This document shows positions 53,546-63,152 of a stretch of DNA of 64,000 nt, piece by piece. Source of the DNA: Deltaproteobacteria bacterium. Lineage in GTDB: Bacteria > Myxococcota_A > Polyangia > Fen-1088. The notes beneath the pieces are model-generated. The model had not been told where the DNA came from. It saw only the letters and a list, made by a program, of their open reading frames with translations, and did not search any database. Location of the stretch: positions 1-64,000 of the forward strand of contig JANRKS010000005.1 of the NCBI GenBank assembly GCA_033763315.1, given 5' to 3'. Positions within the stretch are counted from its first letter, which is position 1. Each line of letters begins with the position of its first letter. The position numbers were made by a program, and so were the translations under genes.

Positions 53546-54288
53546 TCACAAAAGGTGCGGTCACGAGGGCAGGGTGCAGGCTGATCGGGCGCACGGTTGC
53601 TGTGTTGCTCTGCCTTGCTTTCGACGCAGGAACGGCACAGGCAGAGGCGCCGATGCAAGCGCGCTTGTTCCGCCTCAAGTACCAAGTGTCAGACGATGTG
53701 ATCAAGGCGGTCCGCCCGCTGGCTAGCGGTGCCAAGGGCAGCAAGATAGCCGACACCTCGGCGTTCGAGTCAATTTCGATCTTCGACTATCCAGCCAACG
53801 TTGCGGCTGTAGCGGATGCGATCCGCCAGCTTGACGTACCGGTGGTTGATGTCGCAATTCGTGTGCACGTATTGCTAGCGACCAGCGACGGCGAAGCCGC
53901 AGTGCCCAAAACACTCGCGGCCGTCGTGGCCGAACTGCAGCGGTCGCTCCCTTACCGCTCGTATCATGAGTTAGTCGCCGTGGTTCAACGTGTGCGTTCA
54001 GGCGCCTGGTTCCAATCGAACGGGGACGTGCTGCTTAAACCGCCACTTGCCAACGAGCCCAGCAACGCCCGCTATGCGATGAAGATGCAAGCGACCGCAA
54101 CGGTGGGACCCGGCAAGCTGCGGGACATCGTCGTTCGCGGTGTGGACTTCGACTTTGACACCAAGGGCCTTGGCAGCGTGGACATCAATACCGACTTCAC
54201 CGTCCGTCCTGGTGAAACCGTCGTTGTGGGAACCGCCACCTTGAAGGAACGTGCGGTCGTATTGGTGGTCGCTGCAGAGATAAAGTAA
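53542..54288 (+). CDS. Exported protein with secretin-N (NolW-like) domain
   Basis: Signal peptide ending AQA, RLFRLKY, ISIFDYPANV..AIRQLDVP, GETVVVG. Confidence 0.65.
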   Translation: MITKGAVTRAGCRLIGRTVAVLLCLAFDAGTAQAEAPMQARLFRLKYQVSDDVIKAVRPLASGAKGSKIADTSAFESISIFDYPANVAAVADAIRQLDVPVVDVAIRVHVLLATSDGEAAVPKTLAAVVAELQRSLPYRSYHELVAVVQRVRSGAWFQSNGDVLLKPPLANEPSNARYAMKMQATATVGPGKLRDIVVRGVDFDFDTKGLGSVDINTDFTVRPGETVVVGTATLKERAVVLVVAAEIK

Positions 54289-54517
54289 ACACCGACGTGA
54301 ATGCCTCGCCCATCCGCGTTTAGGAAGGGGAAGCACCGCCGCAGAACACGAAGTACGCACCACCGTCGCCAACATCTTGGCCGAAGCAAACGCGTTTACC
54401 GTTGGCATTCTCAACACGAAACGGCATTTGACCAGCGCTTGGTTCGGCGAGGCTAAACGCACCATTCCGTCAAAAGATTTGGACGGTGGAACGGTTCACC
54501 ACGTCGCAAGAGACGCC

Positions 54518-54548
54518 CCGCGGAACGAGTTACGGAAGGGCTGCTATC
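54518..54548 (+). repeat. Dispersed ~33-bp motif, copy 2 (degenerate)
   Basis: CCGCGGAACGAGTTACGGAAGGGCTGCTATC. Confidence 0.7.
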
Positions 54549-54702
54549 TGTCGTTTAAAACACTTTGCCTCAATGGTGGAGGTGAAAAGTCGTCATAGGG
54601 TCTATTTTATTGGTCCCGAATTCGGGGCCCCAGGGTATCGTGATCGGCGGTGTACCGCGACTATGCCTCCTATGCCCTATCAGTTGCCGGCATAAGGCTC
54701 AC

Positions 54703-56043
54703 ATGTTGACTGCCGATCAAATTCTCGCTCTCTCCCCTGATGATTCATCGGCAAAGTCCGCAAAGGGGCTGCTGAGTCCGGCGAAGTGGCCGACGCTGGG
54801 TTATACGGAGGCTGCGATCTGGGGCGAGTGCCAAGGGAGTGGATCGAAGCCGTATCAGGTGATCATTGATGTCGGCGGGCCGTCCTTTAAATGCACATGC
54901 CCGAGTCGTAAGTTCCCCTGCAAGCATGGTCTGGCGCTGTACTTGTTGTTGGCGCAAAAGCAGAGCGCCTTCACGTCAAAGGAGCTACCGACCTGGGTGG
55001 CAGAGTGGCTGAAAGACCGGCAGGTTCGTGCGGAGAAGCAGGCCGAGAAAAAAGAATCCAAGGTGGCTGTTCCAGCCGATCCTGAAGTCGCTGCGAAACG
55101 TGAAGCGAAGCGACTCGATCGCATGATCGGCGGCGCGCGTGACCTAGAGCGCTGGATGGCAGATCTGGTGCGTCATGGCATCGCCGATCTACCGACGAAG
55201 CCTGTCAACTTTTGGCGTGAGGTTGCCGCGCGCCTCGTGGATGCTCAGGCGTCCGGTCTTGGCCATGCGGTGAGGCAACTCGAGGCCACCGTTTCCTCTG
55301 GCGAAGGCTGGCAGCAGAGCGCGCTTATGCAGATGGGTCGTATGCAATTACTCACAGATGCCATGCAGCGTCTCGACACACTACCGGAGCCGCTGCGACA
55401 GGATGTGCGTGCCTTCGCGGGCTGGCCTTCGGACAAAGAAGACGTGCTGGCCGCGGGCGATTGCTTGGAGGATACCTGGCTCGTTCAAGGCGTGAGTTAC
55501 GATGAACACGAGAAGCTATGGGAGCGCCGTGTTTGGCTGTGTGGTTTGCAGTCGCAGCGTCAGGCCTTCCTGCTCGATTTTTCGCATGGCCAGCGCCGCT
55601 ATGATCATGGTTTCGTGCCGGGCATGGCCGTGAAGGCGAAGCTGGCATTCTTTCCCAGTGCCTATCCCTTGCGTGCACTTCTGACGAATGTTCCACAGTC
55701 GATCGAGACAAATGTTGCCACGTCAGAGGCGCATTCATGGGATTCGGCGCTTGATTCCATAGCCACCGCGCTTGGCAGCAGCCCGTGGATGCAGCGCCTG
55801 CCGCTCATGCTTCATGGCGCCACGCCGATCTCGCACGGCAACCGCTGGTTCGTCCTCGACACCGACTTGCGCGCCGTTCCACTGCGCATCAGCGAAGAAG
55901 ATGGCTGGCAACTGCTTGCGCTCAGTGGCGGGCATCCACTGTCGATCTTCGGGGAGTGGCTCGGTGACCGCTGGCGACCGCTCACGGCGTGGTCAGTGGA
56001 TGAATCAACTCCATGCTGGACGGAGGCCGTCGTACTCGCATGA
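54703..56043 (+). CDS. SWIM zinc finger protein (YehQ-like)
   Basis: LSPDDSS.K, WGECQGSGSKPYQ, CTCPSRKFPCKH, ARLVDAQASGL. Confidence 0.9.
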   Translation: MLTADQILALSPDDSSAKSAKGLLSPAKWPTLGYTEAAIWGECQGSGSKPYQVIIDVGGPSFKCTCPSRKFPCKHGLALYLLLAQKQSAFTSKELPTWVAEWLKDRQVRAEKQAEKKESKVAVPADPEVAAKREAKRLDRMIGGARDLERWMADLVRHGIADLPTKPVNFWREVAARLVDAQASGLGHAVRQLEATVSSGEGWQQSALMQMGRMQLLTDAMQRLDTLPEPLRQDVRAFAGWPSDKEDVLAAGDCLEDTWLVQGVSYDEHEKLWERRVWLCGLQSQRQAFLLDFSHGQRRYDHGFVPGMAVKAKLAFFPSAYPLRALLTNVPQSIETNVATSEAHSWDSALDSIATALGSSPWMQRLPLMLHGATPISHGNRWFVLDTDLRAVPLRISEEDGWQLLALSGGHPLSIFGEWLGDRWRPLTAWSVDESTPCWTEAVVLA

Positions 56044-57584
56044 ACGCACTCGCCTCACTCGCCGCCACCGCATTGATCGGCACGGAACGTCGCCCGCCAG
56101 AATGGCCCTCCCAGGATGGACCGCTCGGTGAGTTGCTCGCCAAGATCACGCGCGATCAACCGGAAAAGGCGCTGCTACAAACCGCGGGTGTGTTGGCCAC
56201 CTGTCATCTCGCGGGCTGGCTCCCGACCACCATTGGGCAATCGACGCCTGTAGCTCTGGACGATGTTTTGCAGGCGGCCGCCGCACCCACATTGCTGCAA
56301 ACGCTCTCCGGCATCCTCACCGACGGCCCAACTCGCTTGCAGGCGGAGGCTTTTCAAAAACTCGCTGCTGCAAACCGCACACTCCCACATCGGCTGTTAC
56401 CCAAAGCTCTCGATGCCGGCAAGCGCAGCACGGTGCTTCGTCCGCATCTACTACCCGCCCTCGGGCATCGAGGCACCTGGCTCGCCGCGCAAAACGAAGC
56501 GTGGGCCTATGCTGTCGGTGGAGGCAGCGAGTCGCTCGACGATGAAGCCTGGCAGAACGGAAGTCTCGATCAGCGCAAGCTTTACCTCACGGCTCTGCGT
56601 CCTCGCGATGCCGACAGAGCGCGCGCACTCATTGCCGCCGCGCTGACAACGGAAGGTGCTCGAGAGCGCGCGACCTTCATCGAATGCCTCTCCACGGCAC
56701 TGAGTCTCGCAGATCAAGATTTGCTCGAAACCACGCTTACGGACAAAAGCAAAGAAGCGCGACAGGCTGCGTTGCGTTTGCTGTCATCGCTCTCCGGCTC
56801 ACGCTTCATGCAGCGAATGGCCGCGCGCCTTGAGCCCTGCCTCATGATGGAGAAAAAGTTCCTCCGCGGCACCGTGATCACCTTGGAGCCGCCCGCTGTC
56901 TTTGTGGCCGAATGGAAGGCAGATTTGATCGAAGAAGCGAAGCCGAAAGGCTTGGAGATGGGCGAACGCGCCTGGTGGCTGCTGCAACTTGTCCGTGCCG
57001 TTCCGCTGAAGTGGTGGGAAGAGAAGACATCGCTCAAACCAATCGAACTCATCGAGTGGGCCAAGAAATCTGATTGGAGCGAAGCCTTGTTACAAGGCTG
57101 GGCCGCAGCGCAGTCCTTGCAGCAACGAGTCGAATGGGCAGAAGCCTTCCTGTCGACACAGATCCCGCAGGGCAGCTCGCTCAACGTGCTCGACTTGCTG
57201 ATCACGCTTCCGCTGGCTATCCGCGAGAAGCATTTCCTTCGCCTCCTCAGCGCCGCAGATGCGAAACAGCCGGGCTCTATGAGTGCGCTGCTCAACCGCT
57301 TCATTGATAGCATTCCATTGGATTCACCATCACTCTCGGTCGACACCGCAAACACACTGATTCAGTTTCTCAAACGCCGCGTGAACAGCGGCGAGGCCCG
57401 CCACGACTGGCTACTCCGCACCACCCTTGTCGAACTCGCTTGCATCATTCCACCCGCGCAATTCGAGGACTGTGCCGGCGGCTGGGATATCACCAAAGAT
57501 GACGTTCAGCCCTTCGCCGAGGCCATCGCACGAGTCGGCATCGTGCTCGATCAACGCAAACAACTCCACTCACTCGGAGCCTGA
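56040..57584 (+). CDS. DUF5691 family protein
   Basis: ALIGTER, LGHRGTWLAAQN..W, LETTLTDKSKEAR, GERAWWLLQL. Confidence 0.8.
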   Translation: MNALASLAATALIGTERRPPEWPSQDGPLGELLAKITRDQPEKALLQTAGVLATCHLAGWLPTTIGQSTPVALDDVLQAAAAPTLLQTLSGILTDGPTRLQAEAFQKLAAANRTLPHRLLPKALDAGKRSTVLRPHLLPALGHRGTWLAAQNEAWAYAVGGGSESLDDEAWQNGSLDQRKLYLTALRPRDADRARALIAAALTTEGARERATFIECLSTALSLADQDLLETTLTDKSKEARQAALRLLSSLSGSRFMQRMAARLEPCLMMEKKFLRGTVITLEPPAVFVAEWKADLIEEAKPKGLEMGERAWWLLQLVRAVPLKWWEEKTSLKPIELIEWAKKSDWSEALLQGWAAAQSLQQRVEWAEAFLSTQIPQGSSLNVLDLLITLPLAIREKHFLRLLSAADAKQPGSMSALLNRFIDSIPLDSPSLSVDTANTLIQFLKRRVNSGEARHDWLLRTTLVELACIIPPAQFEDCAGGWDITKDDVQPFAEAIARVGIVLDQRKQLHSLGA

Positions 57585-57588
57585 AACC

Positions 57589-58665
57589 ATGAACCCCCAA
57601 CGCCAACACGCTGAACAGAACTTTGCGCTAGAAATCGACGAACTCCGTAAAGCCGACACTCGTCAACGCCCGACCAACTGGAACCTTTCACCATGGGCTG
57701 TTTCACAGTATTTGCTCGGTGTAAAACTCGACAACGGATTCGAAGTCACCGCCAAATACATCGGCGATCGTCGCGTCATTGAAATCGCCGTCGCCACGCT
57801 GGCTACCGATCGTGCGCTGCTGCTTTATGGTGTGCCCGGCACGGCGAAGAGCTGGGTTTCCGAGCATCTTGCTGCCGCCATCTCTGGTGATTCGACCCGG
57901 CTTATTCAAGGCACTGCGGGTACCAGCGAGGAACAGATGCGCTACGGTTGGAACTACGCGTTGCTGTTGGCTAAAGGTCCTTCCCATGAAGCCCTCGTAC
58001 CGAGTCCGCTCATGCGCGCGATGAAGGATGGTCGCATCGCCCGTGTCGAGGAACTCACGCGGATCCCAGCGGACGTACAGGACACACTGATCACCATTTT
58101 GTCGGAGAAAACATTGCCGATCCCCGAGCTATCAAGCGAGGTGATGGCGAATCGCGGCTTCAACGTCATCGCCACCGCCAACAATCGTGACAAGGGCGTG
58201 AACGAACTCAGCAGTGCCCTCAAACGTCGATTCAATACCGTTATTCTGCCCGTACCTGCCACAGAGGAGGAAGAGATCGCCATCGTGACAAAACGAGTCA
58301 GCGAAATGGGCCGCGCGCTCGAGCTTCCCAGTGAACCACCAGCGCTCAAAGAAGTGCGCCGTCTAGTGCAAATCTTCCGCGAGCTGCGTGACGGCCAGAC
58401 CGCCGATGGCAAGACCAAACTAAAATCCCCTACTGGCACGATGAGCACCGCCGAAGCCATCAGCGTGCTGAACAGCGGCATCGCCCTCGCCACGCATTTC
58501 GGCGATGGCACACTGAGCGCTGGCGACCTGGCCGCCGGACTGGTCGGCGCCGTAATCAAAGACCCCGTGCAGGATTCCGTCGTGTGGAAGGAGTACCTCG
58601 AAACCGTGGTGAAAGAGCGGAGTGAGTGGAAGGATCTTTATCGGGCATGCCGGGAGATGATTTGA
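57589..58665 (+). CDS. MoxR-family AAA+ ATPase (YehL-like)
   Basis: GVPGTAKSWVSEHL, RYGWNYA, RVEELTR, IATANNRDKGVNELSSALKRRFN. Confidence 0.93.
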   Translation: MNPQRQHAEQNFALEIDELRKADTRQRPTNWNLSPWAVSQYLLGVKLDNGFEVTAKYIGDRRVIEIAVATLATDRALLLYGVPGTAKSWVSEHLAAAISGDSTRLIQGTAGTSEEQMRYGWNYALLLAKGPSHEALVPSPLMRAMKDGRIARVEELTRIPADVQDTLITILSEKTLPIPELSSEVMANRGFNVIATANNRDKGVNELSSALKRRFNTVILPVPATEEEEIAIVTKRVSEMGRALELPSEPPALKEVRRLVQIFRELRDGQTADGKTKLKSPTGTMSTAEAISVLNSGIALATHFGDGTLSAGDLAAGLVGAVIKDPVQDSVVWKEYLETVVKERSEWKDLYRACREMI

Positions 58666-58668
58666 GCT

Positions 58669-60939
58669 GTGGATCGACGGATCGTGACTCACCTCTTCGG
58701 CATTCGTCATCATGGCCCCGGCTGCACGCGATCGCTAGTTCGTGCGCTTGAGGAATTGTCGCCAGATTGCGTATTGATTGAAGGACCACCGGAAGCCGAA
58801 GCTGTACTGGCATCGGCTCTACACGCGGAAATCGAGCCACCGGTCGCTCTGCTTCTGTATTGCCCAGATGACACGAAGCTGGCCTCGTTCTATCCCTTCG
58901 CCGATTTTTCACCTGAGTGGCAGGCCATCCGCTTTGGGCTTCAACAGAGCATTCCCGTGCGCTTCATCGACTTGCCTCAGGCGCATGACCTTGCCCTGCG
59001 TAAAGAGTGTGAACAGGCCGATTTACCCGATTTGCCGCCAGCAGATCCTCAAGAAGATGTATCCGGGGACCCCCTCGACTGGCTGGGCCGTGCGGCAGGC
59101 TACGGTGATGGTGAAACCTGGTGGAACCAGATGGTCGAAGAACGCCGCGACTTCGACAGCGCAGGTCTTTTCGATGCCATTCAGGAAGCCATGACAAGTG
59201 TGCGTGCTGAATTGCCGCGTCGCTTGTCCAAAGATGCCGTACATCGTGAGAATCTGCGTGAGGCGTACATGCGTCGATGCATCCGCCAGGCGGAAAAAGA
59301 TGGCTTCCAGAAGATCGCAGTGGTTTGCGGCGCCTGGCATGTGCCCGCTCTCGCCACCATGCCTGCAGCAAAGGCAGATAGCGACCTCCTCAAAGCTCTG
59401 CCAAAAGTGAAAGTGGCAGCCACGTGGGCACCGTGGACGTATGGTCGGCTGGCTTCTGCAAGCGGCTACGGCGCCGGTGTGCTGTCACCAGGCTGGTATG
59501 AGTTCTTGTGGAAGAATCAATCTGTTGATGCGAGCCAGCGAGCCATTGGTTGGATCTCCAAAGTCGCGCGCTTCATGCGTGGCGAGGACATGGACTGCTC
59601 GTCCGCGCACGTCATTGAAGCCGCCCGTCTCAGCGATGCTCTGGCAGCGATGCGTGAGCGTCCGGCTCCAGGTCTCGAAGAGATCAATGAAGCCGTGCGA
59701 ACGGTGATTTGTATGGGTGAGGATGCCCCGTTGCGTCTTATCCACGCACAATTGATCGTCGGTGAAAAACTTGGTCGTGTGCCGCCAGACGTACCCACCG
59801 TGCCGCTTCAGCAGGACCTCAAAAAGCAGCAGCGAAGTCTTCGCATTAAGCCCGAGGCAATCGCCAAAGACCTCGATCTCGATCTGCGCAGTGAAAATGA
59901 TCTCGCCCGCAGTCATCTACTCCATCGCCTGAATCTGCTTGGTGTGAAGTGGGGCGAGGTGCGAGGCGCGGGCCGCAGCGCCAAAGGCACCTTCCACGAA
60001 ATCTGGCAACTCCGCTGGCAGCCCGATTTCGCCATCTGCATCATCGAAGCCAGCCGTTGGGGCCAGTCCATCATTGATGCAGCCACTGCGCTCGCCATGG
60101 ATGAAGCGCAGAAAGCGCAGTCGCTGCCTGCACTCTCGAAGCTCGTGGATCGAGTGTTGCTGGCCAACCTTCCCCACGCCGTTGAGTCGGTTACTCATGC
60201 TCTAGAAAACCAGGCCGCCATCGCCGGCGACACGTCACAGCTTCTGGAGGCCATCCCTCCGCTCGCCAACATCTTCCGCTATGGCAATGTCCGACAAACC
60301 GATGCCTCGCTCGTCGGTCATGTGCTCGACAGTCTCGTCGCCCGTGCATGCATAGGCCTCAGCGGTGCCTGCGCGTCACTCGACGACGATGCGGCGGTGA
60401 AAATGCGCGCACGCATCGTCTCGACCCATCAAGCCATCAAGCTCATCGGTAAGGAGGTGCACCTCACCGACTGGATGCCTGCGCTCACGCGAATTGCCGT
60501 GCTCGGCGGTACACATGGCCTCATTTCCGGCCTCGCCGCTCGCCTGCTCTTTGATGAGCAAGCCGAAGATGTGGGGACCACCTCCACACGTGTGAGTCAG
60601 GCACTTTCGATCGGAAACGACCCCTCACAGGCTGCCGCCTGGCTTGAAGGCTTCCTCCATCAAAGCGGTATGATCCTCCTCCACGATGATCGCCTGTGGC
60701 AAACCGTGGATTCCTGGGTCGCCTCACTGACTGAGGAAACCTTCACGCGCATCCTCCCGCTCATCCGTCGCACTTTTTCGACCTTCCCTGGCACTGAGCG
60801 CATCCAACTGGGTCAACGAGCCAAGCACACCAATGACAGCCATCCTGGGACGTTGGCGCATACCAGATTGGATTGGAACCTTGAGCGCGCCATGAAGCCA
60901 CTGCCGGTGCTGCATCAAATTCTGGGTATCCCAACATGA
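58669..60939 (+). CDS. DUF5682 family protein (YehM-like)
   Basis: GIRHHGPGC, LIEGPPE, YPFADFSPEWQA, REAYM, VVCGAWHVPAL, SGYGAG..SPGWY. Confidence 0.9.
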   Translation: MDRRIVTHLFGIRHHGPGCTRSLVRALEELSPDCVLIEGPPEAEAVLASALHAEIEPPVALLLYCPDDTKLASFYPFADFSPEWQAIRFGLQQSIPVRFIDLPQAHDLALRKECEQADLPDLPPADPQEDVSGDPLDWLGRAAGYGDGETWWNQMVEERRDFDSAGLFDAIQEAMTSVRAELPRRLSKDAVHRENLREAYMRRCIRQAEKDGFQKIAVVCGAWHVPALATMPAAKADSDLLKALPKVKVAATWAPWTYGRLASASGYGAGVLSPGWYEFLWKNQSVDASQRAIGWISKVARFMRGEDMDCSSAHVIEAARLSDALAAMRERPAPGLEEINEAVRTVICMGEDAPLRLIHAQLIVGEKLGRVPPDVPTVPLQQDLKKQQRSLRIKPEAIAKDLDLDLRSENDLARSHLLHRLNLLGVKWGEVRGAGRSAKGTFHEIWQLRWQPDFAICIIEASRWGQSIIDAATALAMDEAQKAQSLPALSKLVDRVLLANLPHAVESVTHALENQAAIAGDTSQLLEAIPPLANIFRYGNVRQTDASLVGHVLDSLVARACIGLSGACASLDDDAAVKMRARIVSTHQAIKLIGKEVHLTDWMPALTRIAVLGGTHGLISGLAARLLFDEQAEDVGTTSTRVSQALSIGNDPSQAAAWLEGFLHQSGMILLHDDRLWQTVDSWVASLTEETFTRILPLIRRTFSTFPGTERIQLGQRAKHTNDSHPGTLAHTRLDWNLERAMKPLPVLHQILGIPT

Positions 60940-62117
60940 GCGACGCCATTTCTAACACCGAAAGACAACGCCGCTGGCGACTCGTGTTAGGCGGCGAGGC
61001 AAATGAATCTTGTGGAGCGCTTGCGGGTGCCGACATGGAGATGGATCGGGCTCTGGCGGCCCTTTACGAGCCTGATGGCCCTGATGGGATGAAATCAGGC
61101 CGCCGTGGTGGCACGGAAAAGTCTGCGCCTCGAGTCGCCCGTTGGCTGGGAGACATTCGCAAATATTTCCCGGCCAGCGTCGTCCAGGTCATGCAGAAGG
61201 ACGCTCTCGACCGTCTCGGCATGAGAGAGATGCTCCTTCAGCCGGAGATGCTCGAAGCCGTACAGCCCGACGTGCATCTGGTCGCCAGTCTCATTTCCTT
61301 GTCCGGTGTGATTCCTGCCAAGACAAAGGAAACCGCCCGTCTCGTGGTACGTAAGGTGGTGGATGAACTCATGCGCAAGCTTGCCGAGCCGATGCGCAGT
61401 GCCGTCACCGGTGCTCTCAACCGCGCCACGCGCAATCGCCGACCCCGAACGGCCGAAATCGACTGGAACAGAACCCTCCGTGCCAATCTACGGCACTACC
61501 AAGCTGATTATCAGACGATCGTTCCCGAGACCTTGATCGGTTTCGGTCGCAAAGCACATAAGACCCAGCGCAACATCATCCTCTGCATCGACCAAAGCGG
61601 CTCCATGGCTGCCAGCGTCGTGTATTCGAGCATTTTCGGTGCAGTGATGGCCTCATTGCCCGCCGTGAAGACCCAACTTGTCGTCTTTGACACCGCTGTG
61701 GTCGATCTGACCGAGAAACTCGATGATCCCGTCGAACTCCTCTTTGGCACCCAACTTGGCGGCGGCACTGATATCAACAAAGCCGTCGGCTATTGCCAAT
61801 CTCTCATCACAGATCCAGCCAACACGATCCTCATCCTGATCTCGGACCTGATCGAAGGCGGTGTCGAAAGAAACCTGCTCCAGCGCACCAACGAACTCGT
61901 TCAAAGCGGCGTGCAATTCATCACCTTGCTGGCCTTGAGTGATGAAGGTGCGCCTTGTTACGATCAAGAGCTCGCCGCCAAGATGAGTCTGCTCGGGGTT
62001 CCCAGCTTTGCCTGTACGCCCGACAAATTCCCATCCCTGATGGCTGCGGCCATCAAGAAAGACGACATCGCTCTTTGGGCGGCAAAGGAAGATATGGTGG
62101 CAACGAGAAGAGGATGA
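60936..62117 (+). CDS. VWA/CoxE-like protein (YehP-like)
   Basis: RRWRLVLG, IDWNRTLRANL, DQSGSM MIDAS, QLGGGTDI, LISDL.EG. Confidence 0.92.
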   Translation: MSDAISNTERQRRWRLVLGGEANESCGALAGADMEMDRALAALYEPDGPDGMKSGRRGGTEKSAPRVARWLGDIRKYFPASVVQVMQKDALDRLGMREMLLQPEMLEAVQPDVHLVASLISLSGVIPAKTKETARLVVRKVVDELMRKLAEPMRSAVTGALNRATRNRRPRTAEIDWNRTLRANLRHYQADYQTIVPETLIGFGRKAHKTQRNIILCIDQSGSMAASVVYSSIFGAVMASLPAVKTQLVVFDTAVVDLTEKLDDPVELLFGTQLGGGTDINKAVGYCQSLITDPANTILILISDLIEGGVERNLLQRTNELVQSGVQFITLLALSDEGAPCYDQELAAKMSLLGVPSFACTPDKFPSLMAAAIKKDDIALWAAKEDMVATRRG

Positions 62118-62140
62118 TGCTCGCTCTTATCGACGATAGC

Positions 62141-62174
62141 CCGGGAAAACGAAGTTTACGGAAGGGATGTTATC
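62141..62174 (+). repeat. Dispersed ~33-bp motif, copy 3
   Basis: CCGGGAAAACGAAGTTTACGGAAGGGATGTTATC, 24 bp after the VWA stop. Confidence 0.85.
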
Positions 62175-62224
62175 GGTCTTTCCCTCACTGGTTACCCTGA
62201 TGACGCGCCGAGCACGATGCCCGC

Positions 62225-62791
62225 TTACCCGCCGAGCACGATGCCCGCATAAATCTCATCGACGAGTATCGAGATAGGAGGCACGGACAGCACAACGTCT
62301 TCGCCCGCTCGGCTTTCGCTTTGCTCCCAACCCGCAGGCGTCCTCGACACAACAGTTACCTGGGGTCGCCGATGAGAGATGAAAATGACGGCTGCTACAC
62401 TCGCGCACTGTTTGTAGTGGCTTAACTTTTCGCCTCGATCGTAGTCCTCAGTGGAGTCGCTGGTCACCTCCACCACGACGGTGGGGTTGATGACAGCGTT
62501 GCGGTCGATTGAGGCGACCAGGCGCTCGCCGCAGACGATGGTGACGTCAGGAAAGGTTGAGAGGTCAGTAGCTTCGATCCTCACCTTTAGAGCCGACGAC
62601 GATACGCGGCACCGCCCCAAAAGAGCATTGCCGAGAATGCGCGTGACGGAGGCGGCCAAGTCGGCGTGAGCGGGTGTTCCCCCCGCCATTGCGTAGATTT
62701 CTCCGTCGCAATACTCAAGCTTCACGCCACTGATCTCGAGGGCCGCGAGGTACTCTTCATAGCGATAATGAAGCCGTCGGGCGGTGTGCAT
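62225..62791 (-). CDS. Uma2 (DUF820) family putative endonuclease
   Basis: EEYLALE-like start, EYCDGEIYAMAGGT..H, FPDVTIVCG, NPTVVVEVTSDSTEDYDRGEK. Confidence 0.92.
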   Translation of the reverse strand: MHTARRLHYRYEEYLAALEISGVKLEYCDGEIYAMAGGTPAHADLAASVTRILGNALLGRCRVSSSALKVRIEATDLSTFPDVTIVCGERLVASIDRNAVINPTVVVEVTSDSTEDYDRGEKLSHYKQCASVAAVIFISHRRPQVTVVSRTPAGWEQSESRAGEDVVLSVPPISILVDEIYAGIVLGG

Positions 62792-63152
62792 GGAGTCTAC
62801 CGTACCACTTCGGCGGCAGGTTCACACGCCGCCCTGGCCGATGAACGAAGCCCAGAAGGCGCGCCGCGAAGGACAAGGGGCGAGATGCGAGCCCTGCGGA
62901 CTTAAGCCCAGTGACGTGCTTTTTTGGTTGTAAGTAATGGCAATTTCACGCAAGCGCAAGCAGTTTGGATCTGTTCGAGGCTCAGCTTGCGTTGCCACGG
63001 CAGGTCGCAACTGACCGGTGTAACTGACAGATTCGCTGCCTTACAAGCGCCGCGCGACAATTAGGTTGCCGCGCTGACCGCGCGATATGGCGTGCGGTGA
63101 AATTGCCTCAGCTTGTTCTCAACCATCACGGCGGCGACCTGCCACCACCGCC

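Noticed and set aside
54574-54584. TGGTGGAGGTG, reverse complement of a tmRNA/tRNA-Ala-like 3' end (possible att site)
   Set aside because: Only 11 bp, no T-arm continuation and no partner copy in the window
45525-62174. Dispersed motif interpreted as CRISPR repeats or integron attC sites
   Set aside because: Copies are kilobases apart, there is no cas or intI gene, and no RYYYAAC...GTTRRRY long hairpin
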